DNA of 63,033 nucleotides, filler included, from Asterionella formosa (Eukaryota), in assembly GCA_002256025.1 (NCBI GenBank). It is 19 parts of 19 records of this genome, joined end to end, with 100 filler letters (N's around TTAATTAATTAA, not from the genome) between each part and the next. Parts side by side here need not be neighbours in the genome. Positions count along the whole stretch, not along the records: positions 1 to 20,080 come from NKIB01003460.1; 18 more parts are not named here. One strand, written 5' to 3'. A model generated the notes under the pieces. It had not been told where the DNA came from. It did not search any database and saw nothing but the letters and a program-made list of their open reading frames with translations. The translations under genes were made by a program, and so were the position numbers. This document shows, in pieces, positions 1 to 12,639 of this stretch; position 1 is the stretch's first letter; each line of letters begins with the position of its first letter.

Positions 1-314
1 CGACTAGTATTGTTATCTTCTTTCTGCTGCTAGCCTTCGTGCTAGTTTTCGCTATCGACCTTACTCTGTCAATTCTCACTGTTTCTTAATTATAAGCTTA
101 AACTAAAACTAAGTTTCAATCCCATTCATCACACTTCGAGAACCTGTTCTTCGTGTTCCCTCTTCGATGATGTAAACCGTCTTCTGATTGATTTAAGACA
201 TCAATCTCGTTAGCAAGCTTCTTGACATGGGAACGCACCATTTGACTCATTGGACTATAGTCGAGTCCACAGTCCTTGTGACTCATTATAGCCATTGATG
301 CTATATTCTTGACA
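1..314 (-). repeat. LTR-like interspersed repeat, copy 1 (probably a Copia-type LTR; left end may lie outside the window)
   Basis: Aligns by eye with 57326-57620 (same orientation) and 13719-13921 (inverted). Shares a sharp TGTCAAGAA terminus with the 13719 copy. Confidence 0.65.
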
Positions 315-421
315 CAAGACCACGGCTGGCTGACCATGGTCATGTTGCACACACCGCTTGCGTGCTTGATTACCAGGCATACGCAACCTGGTGCTCAGAG
401 TACGAGGTACTCGGTACCTGG

Positions 422-1020
422 TGAAGTATTTAACTAGAAGTAGTAGTTTTTGTTGAATATATGAGCTTATTAATTAATCCTTGTGTACAACTCGTTTACT
501 AAAATGACACCAAAGTATACAATAAGAGTTAGTCGAGTTCTCTTGATATTGAGTTCTGATATACTGTATACAACTTCAACCCTATTCTCTCCCACACTGC
601 CTTAAGGGAATACCTTTTACCTATGAAAAGATTTGATATGACGAATATTAATTCGTTCTGTGATATGCATAGTTTGTTGAAAAGTAAGTGTACCATTTGT
701 ATGTATTTGAATAATAGTATAAGGACCTCATCCACAATCATCCAAGGTAGTAGGATTATCCAATAGGATTAAAACCTCATCACTCACTTTGTAATCACAA
801 GATCAATGACGGAATTTAGCATGACGTAAACGTTTGTCAGATATCACTTGTGGGCGTTGATGTATTAATTGTAAATCTATAATGAAAGGAATATGTAATA
901 TCATATCGCGTTGAAAAACCCATGCTCCTGGTGAAATAGTATTTAATATACTAAGAATAGTAGCTCGAGCTGCATGTGATGCAGCTGCAAAGCATGTATC
1001 CACAATATTCTGAGCTTGCA
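422..1020 (-). mobile_element. 5'-truncated Gypsy copy (3' LTR plus end of integrase)
   Basis: Near-identical to 1912-2530 with internal deletions. ORF 803..1021 (SPGAWVFQRDMILHIP) matches the integrase C-terminus. LTR edge TGAAG at 422 is preceded by CCTGG. Confidence 0.85.
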
Positions 1021-1911
1021 TCAGGTTTCGATTGATAAATTACTTAAATATTTTCATTCGGAAGGTGGAAAAAATAATGGTGGCTTACAGTTTTGAGGTG
1101 GTACCAGGTACCAGGTATCTGGTACCTGGTAACGTACATTCAAAAACTGAGACGAGCATCACGGCTTGTCATCCATTGTTGCTTCCCGGTTGCCTCAATC
1201 ACCATAATACTGCTACTACTCTTATTTACCGGAATACATGCATAGGAATAAATGTGTATGTAATTATTGAATGAATTTGATTGTTCTGCGGATCTGTTAT
1301 GAAATTTCAGCTGAAATGATATGAGCACTCAAAATCTGGTGAATAATTTTGTTCCTTAAATAAATAGGCTGTAAGTATATAAATTTCTGATGCCTTCCTC
1401 ATGATTCATTGTGTTTCATTTTTGTGTCATTTTATTTCGCCCAAAAACCCTTTTCTTGATCAAAACTTAGATTTATTTTGATAGCAGCAGGATGAGCGAG
1501 TGATAGCAATCTATTCTGTCAAATGCTTACCTGTAGGCATGTGACCTACTTGCAGTGAATCTTCAACAGAAGTCAATGCACAACCAAATCGATCAAGTTT
1601 TCTCATTTATTTGTACAGTAGATTAAAATAATTATTTAATATGATAGAAGTTATCAAGATAGTCATTGCGGACTCAACGATGTCTTTTTGTTTGCATCCT
1701 GAAAACTGAGCAAACGACGACAAAAACAGATTGCAGCTGCAATTTCAACTTTTTGTCGTCAATATTAGTGCAAGTTTGTTGAACGATTATTTCATCTATG
1801 TCAGGCTAGATACATGTACGAAATTGATATAGTTATCGATTCAAATCTCACGATTGAAAAATTCCGGAAAACTAAAAAAATAGCGTTGATCCAGCAGAAT
1901 TCACTACCAGG

Positions 1912-2107
1912 TGAAGTAGCTAACTAGAAGTAGTAGTATTTGTTGAATATATGAGCTTATTAATTAATCCTTGTGTACAACTCGTTTACTAAAATGACAC
2001 CAAAGTATACAATAGGTTTTTGTCGAGTTCTCTTGATATTTAGTTCTGATTTATTTGATATTTCCCAAACCCTTATATATATCTGTGTTGATGTTCAGGA
2101 TCGCTCA
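1912..2107 (-). repeat. 3' LTR of the Gypsy element
   Basis: TGAGCG...TACTTCA on the minus strand; direct repeat of 5755-5937 and 422-590. Confidence 0.9.
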
Positions 2108-2149
2108 CTCTCCCACACTTAAGGGAAAACCTTTTACCTATGAAAAGAT

Positions 2150-5100
2150 TTGATACGACGAATATTGATTCATTCTGTAATATGCATAGTGCGTTGAAAA
2201 GTAACTGTACCATTGGCATGTACTTGAATAATAGTATAAGGACCTCATCCACAATCATCCAAGTTAGTAGGATTATCCAAAAGTATTAAAATCTCGTAAC
2301 CCACTTTGTAATCACAAGATCGACGACGGAAATTAACATGACGTAAATGTTCGTCAATTATCACTTGTCGACGTTGATGTATCAATTGTAAATCTGTTAT
2401 CAAAGGAATATATCATATCATATCACGTTGAAAAACCCATGTTCCTGGTGAAATACGTACTATACTAAGAATAGTAGCTCGAACTGCATATGATGCAGTT
2501 GCAAAACATGTATCTACAATATTCTGAGCTTGAAATTCATTGATTGGAGGATGAGCCTTTAACATAACTCGTAGACTGTTACTGATAGTAGATTGATGTA
2601 AACGTTCACAGATAGCATTTAATTGTGGATTCTTGACTGAAGTTGTTACATCTTTAATTCCATTCAACACAAACATGTGTAGGAAAGGAATACCAGTGAA
2701 TTCACCACCATTGTCATGTATACAACGTTCTGGACGGGGATATCTGGCTAACCAATCATTTTCAAATTGCAATATATTTCTGAAGTTTGATTATTGATCG
2801 TGAAATTTCTGCTGAATTGGTGACTATGTCAAAACAAGATAGAGCACGAAATTCAATCGCTTGAGCAGCCACTGTTATCTTCTTTCCATGCACCAATAAG
2901 ATCCACTGCGACTTCTGACCATGGTAATAACAATGCATTCCTGGGTGGAAGTTCACCAAAACCAGTACCAGGTAATTTTGTACGTTGACATCATGCTTCA
3001 CATATGCTTACAATATGTTCCACTCTTGCTTTTAATGTAGGGTGATAAAAATGTGTAGCAATTGTCGCATTTAATCTTGTCATACCCACATGAGCTGACA
3101 TCTGATGATACCAATTAATAATAGGATCCAATAGTGATGTAGGAATAGGAATAAGCCAAGTACCTCCTGGATCCTTCAAAAAACATATTAAAAATATATC
3201 ATGAAAATTGATAGAGGGAAATTTTAACGGATGTGTTTGTTAATTGAGAATCAATTGTATATCCAGCAATTGTGTCTGTCAAGATTGGATGATTAAGGAA
3301 ACAGGTAAGCAAAGGTTCATCATCAAATTCAATTGAAAAGGTAGAAGTGATTTCGTTCCAATATCATCCCCCACAATAGACTCAAGCCTCGGGAGGCGAG
3401 AGATGGAATCTGAAAGGTAGAAGTTATTCTTCAATATAAAGTCTCCACCGTAGAACAGGTTGAGTGTGTAAATTATTATAAATAAGATTTCGATGATCAG
3501 TGTGAACATGTAGAACTGCACCCAATAACATAGAGCGAAATTCTTTGAAAGTTTCTACCACAGGAAGTAATTTTTTTTCAATAGTATTATAATTCTTTTG
3601 AGCAGTAGATAATTTGCGAGAATAATAAGCAATTGGGAGATCATTTTGCATAATGACCGACCCTAATTGATAATCAGAGGCAAGATATGAAAAGGAAGAT
3701 TATGATGAGGATAACTCATGAGTGTATCTGCAACTAACAATGCTTAATCATAGGTGCATCAAAATACAATAGTACATCACGTAAACGTTCTCCATCATCA
3801 AAGAATGTGAGAGGATGCATAGGAACAATCATATCCATAAAGGAAATGGTGTCATTTACGAAATCAATGGTTAAACCAACTTGACGAAGGAAATCACGTC
3901 CTAAAATATTATCAAATGTGCATAGACCATTAAAAACTTGACACTTTTGTCGTAAAATATGAGCAGATTGATTAAATTCAGGTTGAATCAGGTCATATAA
4001 AATAACACTGGCATGAGATGAATGAGTACCAGCTATGGTATGTATTAATTGTGAAGTCTTGTTAGACAAAGAAATACCTTGAGGCATAACCCGTTCATGT
4101 ATTAAGGATAAAGATCCTCCACTATCAAATAATACTCGTACTATTTTATGCATAGGTATAGCATCCACCAATCGTGGTGCTGAAAGAGACATCGGAATCA
4201 AATCAATTGACGTTAATGTATCCTTAGAAGTATAACAGGAAACCGGAATTGGGCCCTGATATTTATATGGAACATCATGTCCATCGATGCATTTTTACAT
4301 GTCCCGCGTTACAGCAACAGCGGTATCCATTGTGTATTCAACCTATAAATAAACAATATTATTCAGGTGATGACTAACGTGAGATATACTCAATGAGTCA
4401 TTATAAATAGCATCGCTATTATTGCACATACCTCTGTGATGGCAATCAGCAATCTGCTGTTAAGTAGTAGGGACAAAAGTCACTAGCTGACCAGAAGGAG
4501 GATTCATGACCACTGAAATTTCCTGGGCAGATGTATTCTTGGTAGGATTGGCATGTGGCACAGTACCCCAACCGGATGGATGAGTATTATGACCCCATGC
4601 ATTTAACATAAAAGTAAGTGGAACAGGCACAGGGTTAGCAGTGTCAGTATGGTAGCTTTTCATAGGATTGATGTGTGAGCCACCTCCACGACCACCAAAA
4701 TGTCCTTGTCCACCAAAACTGGAACGGACACGTCCATTATGACGACCATATATGCAACCTGCTCGACCACCTTGAGTACGAGGATTCTGAAAACAATTGC
4801 CCCAAGTATGCGTACCTTCAGGATGTACCAGGAAAGGGCCACAATAATCATGGTATGTACAACTGGCTTGTTGAGCTTGATGACGAACAGTCACCTGACG
4901 ATCTCATGTGCGACCGGCTGCATTGACAATAGCACGCGCTCTTCCACGACCACTTGGAGTAAAGTTATCGTTGTAGAATTGACGACTGACACGCTCGTTT
5001 TCTTGACGCATCACACGTTTGCCTTCAGCAAGACGAAGACGATTTTGCGTAAATTTTTGAAAACTGTTCTTGGGGAGGTGCTTGTTTCGGTCCTTAAACG

Positions 5101-5715
5101 ACTGTTGACTCTCGAAGTAAGCGAGAACCGAGCGAATTGATTGGTCTGAAGTCTCAGCATGATTCAATTCAAACTCTTTTTTGCCACTCATCAGGCATAG
5201 AATGGATGATGATAATCCGCATATCATCTGGATGAAGCATTAGTTGAAGTAGCCTGTTCAAAGTTTGAATGCAAACTCCGAAATCCATTAACAACAAAGA
5301 AAAGAAAGGCTTTAGAAAAGTAGTGTAGCATCCATTGTCGTTGATATTGAAAACTCTCATTTGGTAAACAATCATCTAACCATGAGACCATCGCTTCATC
5401 GAAACTACCGTAGGATTGATCTTCTGGGTGTACTTCCACATTCAACCAATCCGATAAGGCAATGTCGGTCAAACACCTTTTAAAGTAGGAAAATGTTGTA
5501 TCTGCAGGGCTAAAGGCACATGTGTTAGTAGCCATGTCACGAAATTGACTCACTCCAATCAACAATGCTTCCACAGAGCTTCCATCAATCATATCTTGAT
5601 CAAACAATTCAAACCTTCCACCGGTTAAAGCAACTCTGAATGTCTTAGTCTAGATAGTCAATACATTGTAATATTTGATCAAAGGAATAACGGGAACCCT
5701 TGAATACATTGCCAT
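2150..5715 (-). pseudogene. Fragmented gag-pol
   Basis: Gag-like pieces 4460-5607 (CHHC-like 'HTWGNCFQNP'). Protease 'VLFDSGGS...ILGRDFL' (3734-4201). RNase H 'ASDYQLG...IAYYSRKL...HTDHRNL' (3424-3720). Integrase 'HQMSAH...C..C' and 'WLARYPRP..CIHDNGGEF...NAICERLH' (2413-3179). Many frameshifts; no RT motifs. Confidence 0.88.
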
Positions 5716-5754
5716 GTTTGTTTTGTTCTAATTGGATTCTTTTTGAATTCAAAG

Positions 5755-5937
5755 TGAAGGATCTAACTAGAAGTAGTAGTATTTTTTGAATATATGAGCT
5801 AATTAATTAATCCTTGTGTACAGCTCGTTTCCTAAGTTGACACCAAAGTATACAATAGGTGTTAGTCGAGTTCTCTCATCATTGAGTTCTGATATTTTTG
5901 CAATAACCCTAACCCTATATGCATCTGTATCCGCTCA
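5755..5937 (-). repeat. 5' LTR of the Gypsy element
   Basis: Direct repeat of 1912-2107, followed by the CCAGG TSD. Confidence 0.9.
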
Positions 5938-6482
5938 CCAGGTACTAATACCAGGTACCGTTGGTAAACTCTGGTGATTTGGATTTCATCAGATTTGATG
6001 TAACAGATCGTCTTCACAGGTGGCGTAAATATTAAGTCATACCTGCTTACTGACTACCTTCACGTCCGGTTTATCCTACCGGTACTAGTTGCGCCAATTC
6101 TTGACAACTGGTCCCTAAAGCTACGACCTTCTCCGCTTCAATTGCCCTACTGTGCGTGCACGTGTGCACCATGCTCTAGTAAGCTACAGATAAATGTACC
6201 AAGTGAGGCTTTCCAGTTTGGACTGAAGTTTCAAATGTAGACATGGAGGATTTGAGAGAGGATTATTTACATGGGGGATGAACAGGAGTGAAGGAGATAG
6301 TGTCAGCCATAGGAATATTAGGAGGAGTGGGCATTGGAGGAGTAGCTTCGGTGGAAAGCACCATGATCAAGGGTGATTAAAGCAGCAGCAGCACTGTGGG
6401 AACAGCTGTAGGCTGTGAAACCTGAACATTGAAAAAAGTATTAGAAATCTAATATATAGTATTCATATGTAAATAAACTTAA

Positions 6483-7056
6483 GTTTCCTGCATTTGAAAC
6501 CCTAGGAAAAGATTTTGCTTAGGGTTGCCAAATTTCCTGGGAATTGGGAATTTGAAGGATGAGCTAATCTTGAATAATTTTTCCAATTGAATTATTTAAA
6601 TTATTTGAAATTGGAATGGTACGCAATATACAGAACTTTTTACAACAAAAAACTTCACAAAACTTCTATTCCAATGAAGATGTTTTGGCACATGTTCATT
6701 CTGATTTCAATATTTTGGCAATGGTTGGGAATGCCAATTTTGTCGACTTTTCGGCAATAAATACTCAAGTCGGCGGGGTTTGCAGGCGAATTAAATAATT
6801 GAGTAAGCTTCAAAAAGCGTCATAAGTTGACTTCTAGCGAGAAACTGCAGAAAGGAATTTTTCTACTATGCCAAATAAATCGTTTGGCCTGTTAACAATT
6901 TCTGGTCTTTTCATACTAGTAAAAGACCAGGTTCTTTTGCTTCTGCATTTCTCAGCAGATCCTTCATCCTGAAGTTATATAGAGTTGACCTATACCCATA
7001 CTTCTACCAATGACTGTACCTAAGCATATGGAAAGGATGTCCGATGGTGAAAGTTT
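6483..7056. mobile_element. Diverged, truncated copy of the TTAA-flanked MITE family
   Basis: TTAA then G(T)TTCCTGCATTTGAAACCCTAG. Contains the GAGAAACTGCAGAAAGGAA internal motif and aligns with 39758-40556 (inverted) and 44579-45623. Confidence 0.7.
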
Positions 7057-7131
7057 CTAGCTAGTAGCAATACAAATATTTATTTACTCGTGAAAAGTGT
7101 TTGTTCAATTACTTGTCTCTGCATGAATATT

Positions 7132-7368
7132 GGGGAATGGCTTAGTTGGTTAGCAAACCTTCCAGGGTGGCGGGTTTGATTCCTGCATTCTCCACCTGTC
7201 TTTTTCATGTACTAGTCCCTGGGGTTCCAGGGTGTGTGGCTGAAGGAAAGGCAGGTCCCATTGTACCATGTGTACGAATCAACTGGTGCTCATTGTTTCC
7301 ATTTATTTGGGCTCAAGTGTTATCTTTGGATAGTTTTAACATACTATAAGATTTATTTGACATTTTTT
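7132..7368 (+). mobile_element. tRNA-derived SINE-like element, copy 1
   Basis: tRNA-like head GGGGAATGGCTTAGTTGG (A box)...GGTTTGATTCC (B box)...TTCTCCA, then a ~170-bp non-tRNA body shared with 41634-41868. Confidence 0.75.
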
Positions 7369-7439
7369 CCCCGCCTCTGAATCAATATAAAATCTACCAT
7401 ATTCAATAACAACAATGAGCAAGAAGAATTCATATGGAA

Positions 7440-7900
7440 TCAAAGAAAAAAATGATTTGGGGGTTGTTTGCTGACAGAACTATGTAAAAAATCATTTCTA
7501 TATGAGTCGAGATTTTTTCGAAGAAGTATTGTAATAACAAAGAAGAATAATTCACACAAGAGTAAATTCGATAAGGATCAACTTAGCACTGAAGAACTGA
7601 AAACAAACTATTTGATCAATTTTGTTTTGGCTAATTCAATAAGTGCATACCACTGCTTGTCTTGTGGAATAATCTATCATTAGGACTTGATGAAGTACGG
7701 AAACCGAAAATTGATTTGGGTTCGCTGAGATTTGAACAAAAAACCCAATTCGATTTGCATCTACTGGATCGAAAATTGCTTTGTAGTTTTGGATAATCTC
7801 CATATGATGAAGGCCCATGATTCATATTGAAAGTGAAACTTGGTGTCCGTCTGCTGAGAGTTTAACTCAAATCAGCCAAACAAATCAATTTACATCAAAT
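7440..7900. repeat. AT-rich interspersed repeat, unclassified
   Basis: Inverted homology to 57782-58300 (e.g. TTGAGTTNAACTCTCAGCAGAC...CACTTTCAATATGAATCAT). Related pieces around 8540-8880. Confidence 0.55.
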
Positions 7901-9575
7901 AATTCAAAAAAGTAAAAATTTCCTGTTTTGATTTTTTGGTTAATTCCATCATCACAGTTAAAATAATCACTCGGTGAGTAGTATGAGAACGAAGTACAAT
8001 TTACGATATAAAATTCTGTTGAAAATCTTAGTAGTTTCACTTGTGTGTTTCCTAAAAGAGTGAGCTTAAAGTAAATGTAGTTTCGATTGAAACATGGCAA
8101 CTCCTACATGTTTCTGAAATGAATTGTTCTTTGTTTCTTGGAGGCGAGGTTCTTCATAGCTAGTTCCTACGGCTGTAGCGAAGTAAATTACATCCTCTTC
8201 CTTGCTTGTAACATATAAATCTATCTAGCGTAGATAGATTCTAGGACATAGATGTTTCTTTACTGAGATACTTCTTTCAGGTATCTCCGCTACTATGATG
8301 ATTGGATTGTTCCTCAATCCTTTAATAGGCAGGATGATTCGATTGTTCTTCAATCCTTCGGACAGAACTGATTTGTATCTCCAATCATTCGTAGTTTAGG
8401 GTTTACCAAACTTTCTTGGTAAACATAGGGAAAACTTGATAGAATTCGCCCTTCAGCATTGTTCTTTATCAAATGTCTGAAGGTTATTAAACTTGGCACC
8501 TAATTGTGCGTTGTTCCATCAAACACAACGACTAGTAGGGAAATTTTTTCTTCACACAAAAGTGAAGACCTAACTGTGAATCAGGAATCAAGAATTCTTC
8601 TATGTTTCAACTATCACGACGAAGGTTATTAATTCATTGAATACGAAATTCGGTTGGGGTCCACTGACAGCAAGTTCAACTCGAAAAATGGAACATGATT
8701 TGATTTGCATCAACTTGTTAAAAAGAAGACCAAAATATTATTGATTTTTTGAATGAATCTATAATCATAACAATCTTATCGAAGAAAAGTAACTCAAATG
8801 GAAAGCGAAAATTATATTTGGGTTTGCTGAGCTACTACAGATTATTAAAAATTCAAATTCTAATTGAGTTGAGTTTGACAAGTTTTGCTCGCAGAAGAGA
8901 AGATTGAAATAATTTGCCATCAATCATTTAAAGAGGTTCTGTTGAGTATAGCCAAGTCATGTTGGCATGATGGTGGTAAATATTTGTGAAACAAGGAAAT
9001 GATACATGAATAGCAAATCTTGGAAAATGTGCTGTTCTACTACATAACTTGTTTAGATTATGCATTTGGACCTACATCAACTACTCTATGCCTTTATGCA
9101 AGACCTACCTACCTAGCGCAATAAGCATTCACCAAGAGGATGATTAATGTGAGCAGCCATCAAGTCATGCAGCAATGAAATGATGGAACAATGATGCCAT
9201 GATGCGTAAGTGTGTTGATCGTGATGCATGTTTCAAAATTCTTTCACACGCTTGAAACTCACGAAAAATTTATCCGTGTACACAACAAAGGATTCCATAA
9301 ATTTATTTAGCCTTTGGTAGAATGCTATTAACTACCGGTATACTACGATCTAGTCCCAACTGCAGCTATGATAGCCACCGGACAATCGCTCGTCCGGGAG
9401 CCTTTTTCTCAAATACCGGTACTGTGCCCTACCTACCGATCCGACAACTTCCTACCGGTATTTCAATTTCAAATCAGGCGATTCTCTCCATTGAGACACA
9501 CGACGACGACGTCGAAGGCTTTGCTGGTGGACTCCAGTATTACTAATAGTCTCCAGTCTCCTGTTTGAAACTCTA

Positions 9576-10640
9576 ATGAGAACTACTCCGAGGACTCTGC
9601 GCTCCAACCACGTCATCATGCTTCTTGCCTTCTTGAGTAGCAGTAGCTCAAGCAACTTGAGGGTTCGAGCTTGGGCTCTTCACTCTGTTCCCCAGCGAAG
9701 AGGAGGCTCTCGTTTCATGAACCAAAAGAATCAAGAATTCTATTCATCAGCATTGGAAGGATTGTTGGGGAATGCTTTAAGTCGAGCGTCTAGAACTCTG
9801 GCCACTCAACATGACGTAAGAACTACCGTACCAGAACCGAGAGCAACTTGCGCCGCCGAGCCTAAACTGAGACTCTGGGATTTACCTGGATCGACTTATA
9901 ATGGGAATCCAGCACTTACACCTACAGCACTAGCTCACTCGCAATGGTCTCACATTATTCGACCTGGGGTCGATAGTGCAATTGACGCTACGTGTGGAAA
10001 TGGTTACGATTCCGTCTACCTTGCTAAAATGCTCTTTGCCGGTTGCGACTCAAATCATTATAGCTCTTGCAAATCAGAACTTGTGTGTGTTGACATTCAA
10101 GAGCAGGCATGTGAAAACACACGAAATCAACTGGCACAATGGCTTGATCCATCTGCATTGGAAGAACGAGTTCAGATTGTTCACTCATCGCATTCACCAT
10201 TGCCTAGGCCTAGAGATTCCTCGTCGGTTGGTTTGGTGGTATGGAACCTTGGATACCTCCCAAAGAGTAATGAGAAGGATGTTTTCACTCAAATGGAAAG
10301 CACTGTATCCTCCATTGTCGATGCGGCATTATTGATTAGAGTTGGAGGTATGCTATCTATTACATCATATCCAAAGAGCAATCCAACCGAAGACTATGCA
10401 GTCCATTCATTGGTCGAGGCATTGGCTCTGCTTTCTTCCAAAGAGACGGATTGGCACCAGTTTATCGCCGAACTTGGACCAGGTCCAAGTGGTGATTACT
10501 CCGTTCGTGATGCAGTTCAAGCAGCCATTGATGCAATTGTAGATCGTGGTACTGAAAACCAAAAATGGCGCGTTTTTAATCACAAAGTCATGGGCAGGCC
10601 CTTGTCACCAATCTTATTGACAGCAACAAGAATAAAGTAG
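9576..10640 (+). CDS. SAM-dependent methyltransferase, YtqB/MnmM ('putative rRNA methylase') family, likely organelle-targeted
   Basis: Intact 354-aa ORF with 'AIDATCGNGYDS', 'VDIQEQA' and 'WNLGYLP' motifs. Hydrophobic N-terminus ending VRA-W resembles a diatom bipartite plastid signal. Confidence 0.8.
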   Translation: MRTTPRTLRSNHVIMLLAFLSSSSSSNLRVRAWALHSVPQRRGGSRFMNQKNQEFYSSALEGLLGNALSRASRTLATQHDVRTTVPEPRATCAAEPKLRLWDLPGSTYNGNPALTPTALAHSQWSHIIRPGVDSAIDATCGNGYDSVYLAKMLFAGCDSNHYSSCKSELVCVDIQEQACENTRNQLAQWLDPSALEERVQIVHSSHSPLPRPRDSSSVGLVVWNLGYLPKSNEKDVFTQMESTVSSIVDAALLIRVGGMLSITSYPKSNPTEDYAVHSLVEALALLSSKETDWHQFIAELGPGPSGDYSVRDAVQAAIDAIVDRGTENQKWRVFNHKVMGRPLSPILLTATRIK

Positions 10641-12469
10641 AGGTTTGATTTCCAACAAGCAATATGGGTTCGACGATTGTACAAAGGTAATGCGAAACCA
10701 AAATTTATCCAGGGGAGTAGACAGGTTGCTCTTTTTCATGATGCAGATGCAGTGCATAGCATGACATCTGCCATTTATGAATCATATTTCTGCATTGACC
10801 ACTAACTTCCCTACAGCTTTTTGGAGAAGCAACAAGTGGGAAAGGTCTATGTACTAAATGGACCTCTCTAAAGGTGGCAGCTACCTTGAACTTCTTGGAG
10901 CAAAAGTTGATTTGATAGTCACCATTTCAATAGTTCTGGTTTTTTCTTTACAGTTTGTTTTAGAGTTTATAGGTTGGATGCTCCATAGAAGCAACTCCAG
11001 GGTGGGAGAACATTGATGAGTTAAATCCTATCTATGGAATGTTGTGGTGTACTGGGTATCATCCTGGTATTATATTAAATTCTTCTGCAGTGTGACTGCA
11101 ATGCTGGGTCTTTCTAGACAAGCTCAGTGTACAATAACCTCATGTTCTAATCCCACCTTATTGTGAGCTTATTTGATCTATCTTGTAATTGTTCATACAA
11201 CCAATTATTAAGGTTTAATTTGTCTATATATATTCATTGTGCTATTAGATATTCAACTCTCAACTGACAACTCAACTCCACTTACTTAGTAGAACAATTA
11301 TGAATGTTCAATGCTATCTGCATTGCATGTATACCTTTCCTTCAGTCAGCAAGGAGTGCCTTAGTTAAAAATTCATTACCAATTAGTAAACAATATATAT
11401 ATGATACAAAATGCTTGCAATATTTTATAAGTACCGGTATGTCCCATTACATGTGTCATACATGCATGTATATACCAGGTAGGCTATGGCCATTGGTCTT
11501 CACTGTTAGCATATAAAGGATTACGTAGCCAACATACAACCTTTCTACGTGAGGGTCGTCGGCTTCCAAAAAATGAGTTTTTTAATGGCATGAAGTTACA
11601 TAGAGGACGTGTGACAAAATCTCGAATCGGGGGACTCTGTTTCTGTAATTGAATGATTAGTATCTAAATAAATTATTTGAAAAAAGTTAGTATAAAAGCA
11701 ATGATGACTCGATGCAACAATCTCATGCGAGGCACTATGAAAGTTGTCGACCATGTCCATCAAATGTACACACTTGATTTTCGTGATACCTTGGACGAGC
11801 AATAGCTGAAAGAAAAGTTACCTTCTCTTTATGATCCTTGTGTTTGGTCCTGCGAACAGGGCTACTCTCTCCCTCCGTCAAGTAGAATCGCTGTTTAACC
11901 TCAGCCACCCAAGAACATGATCGTAAAAACCATCGTAGAACCCAAACTTACCTGGTTCAAAAGCCACTTCGGGTGATGGGTGAAGGTGTTCAGGGTGATT
12001 CAACTTTAGATGGTTGACGCAATAAAAACCCCATGGACAGCATTTGTATGTGCTCTAATGATGTCCCCCTGTCGGGGGTTGCTGGCGATGTATTATACTG
12101 TTGATTTCGGAAGGTTGAGTGCTGATGCATGCTTCTTGCTATATGTGGTACATTTGTGAAATGGGATTTCCTTTATAGCGGATATAATCTCATCATGATT
12201 ATATTTCTGCAGCTGGCCAGTCATGTTTTGCGGGAAAACAAGTAAGAATTGTCACTTTCACCTACACAGTAATCGGAGCGCGCTCGATTCTATATACCTT
12301 GTCCAGTAGTCCTATCGACCTACGCAACAAGTATATAACAGTTCCAGGAAACAAAACGAGCCGACTGTCTATTTCGTCTTTTCAATCAGGTCGCTTCTCA
12401 GCATTTGAGGTTCCGTAAAAATAGTCGAGAATCATTTGACACTTGTTCACTGTCAAATCCTTTCTCGTA

Positions 12470-12590
12470 CACTTGTTAAGGCTGAGTTGTGGCAAAAATG
12501 GGGGGTCAGGCATCTGCATTTTGCTCGAGATACAAGGCAAAAGTGAAAATCGAAAAAGTCAAAAACAAATTGAAATGCAGTTGCCAATTT
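12470..12590. repeat. Interspersed repeat fragment
   Basis: Inverted homology to 56444-56570 (TTGGCAACTGCATT...TCTCGAG.AAAAT...TTGCCAC). Confidence 0.5.
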
Positions 12591-12639
12591 TAATTTAAAT
12601 ACATTTATATTATACATAGATTCGCATGTGCTTTCTATA

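Larger units (their letters stand above)
1912..5937 (-). mobile_element. Ty3/Gypsy LTR retrotransposon, degenerate, reverse transcriptase deleted
   Basis: Two related LTRs (1912-2107, 5755-5937), both TG...CA. 5-bp TSD CCAGG at 1907-1911 and 5938-5942. Purine tract AGTGTGGGAGAG next to the 3' LTR. Domain order gag, protease, RNase H, integrase. Confidence 0.92.

Noticed and set aside
2958..2978. TACCAGGTA inside the Gypsy integrase as a scar
   Set aside because: It encodes in-frame '[11 protein letters not shown]'; no evidence of insertion.
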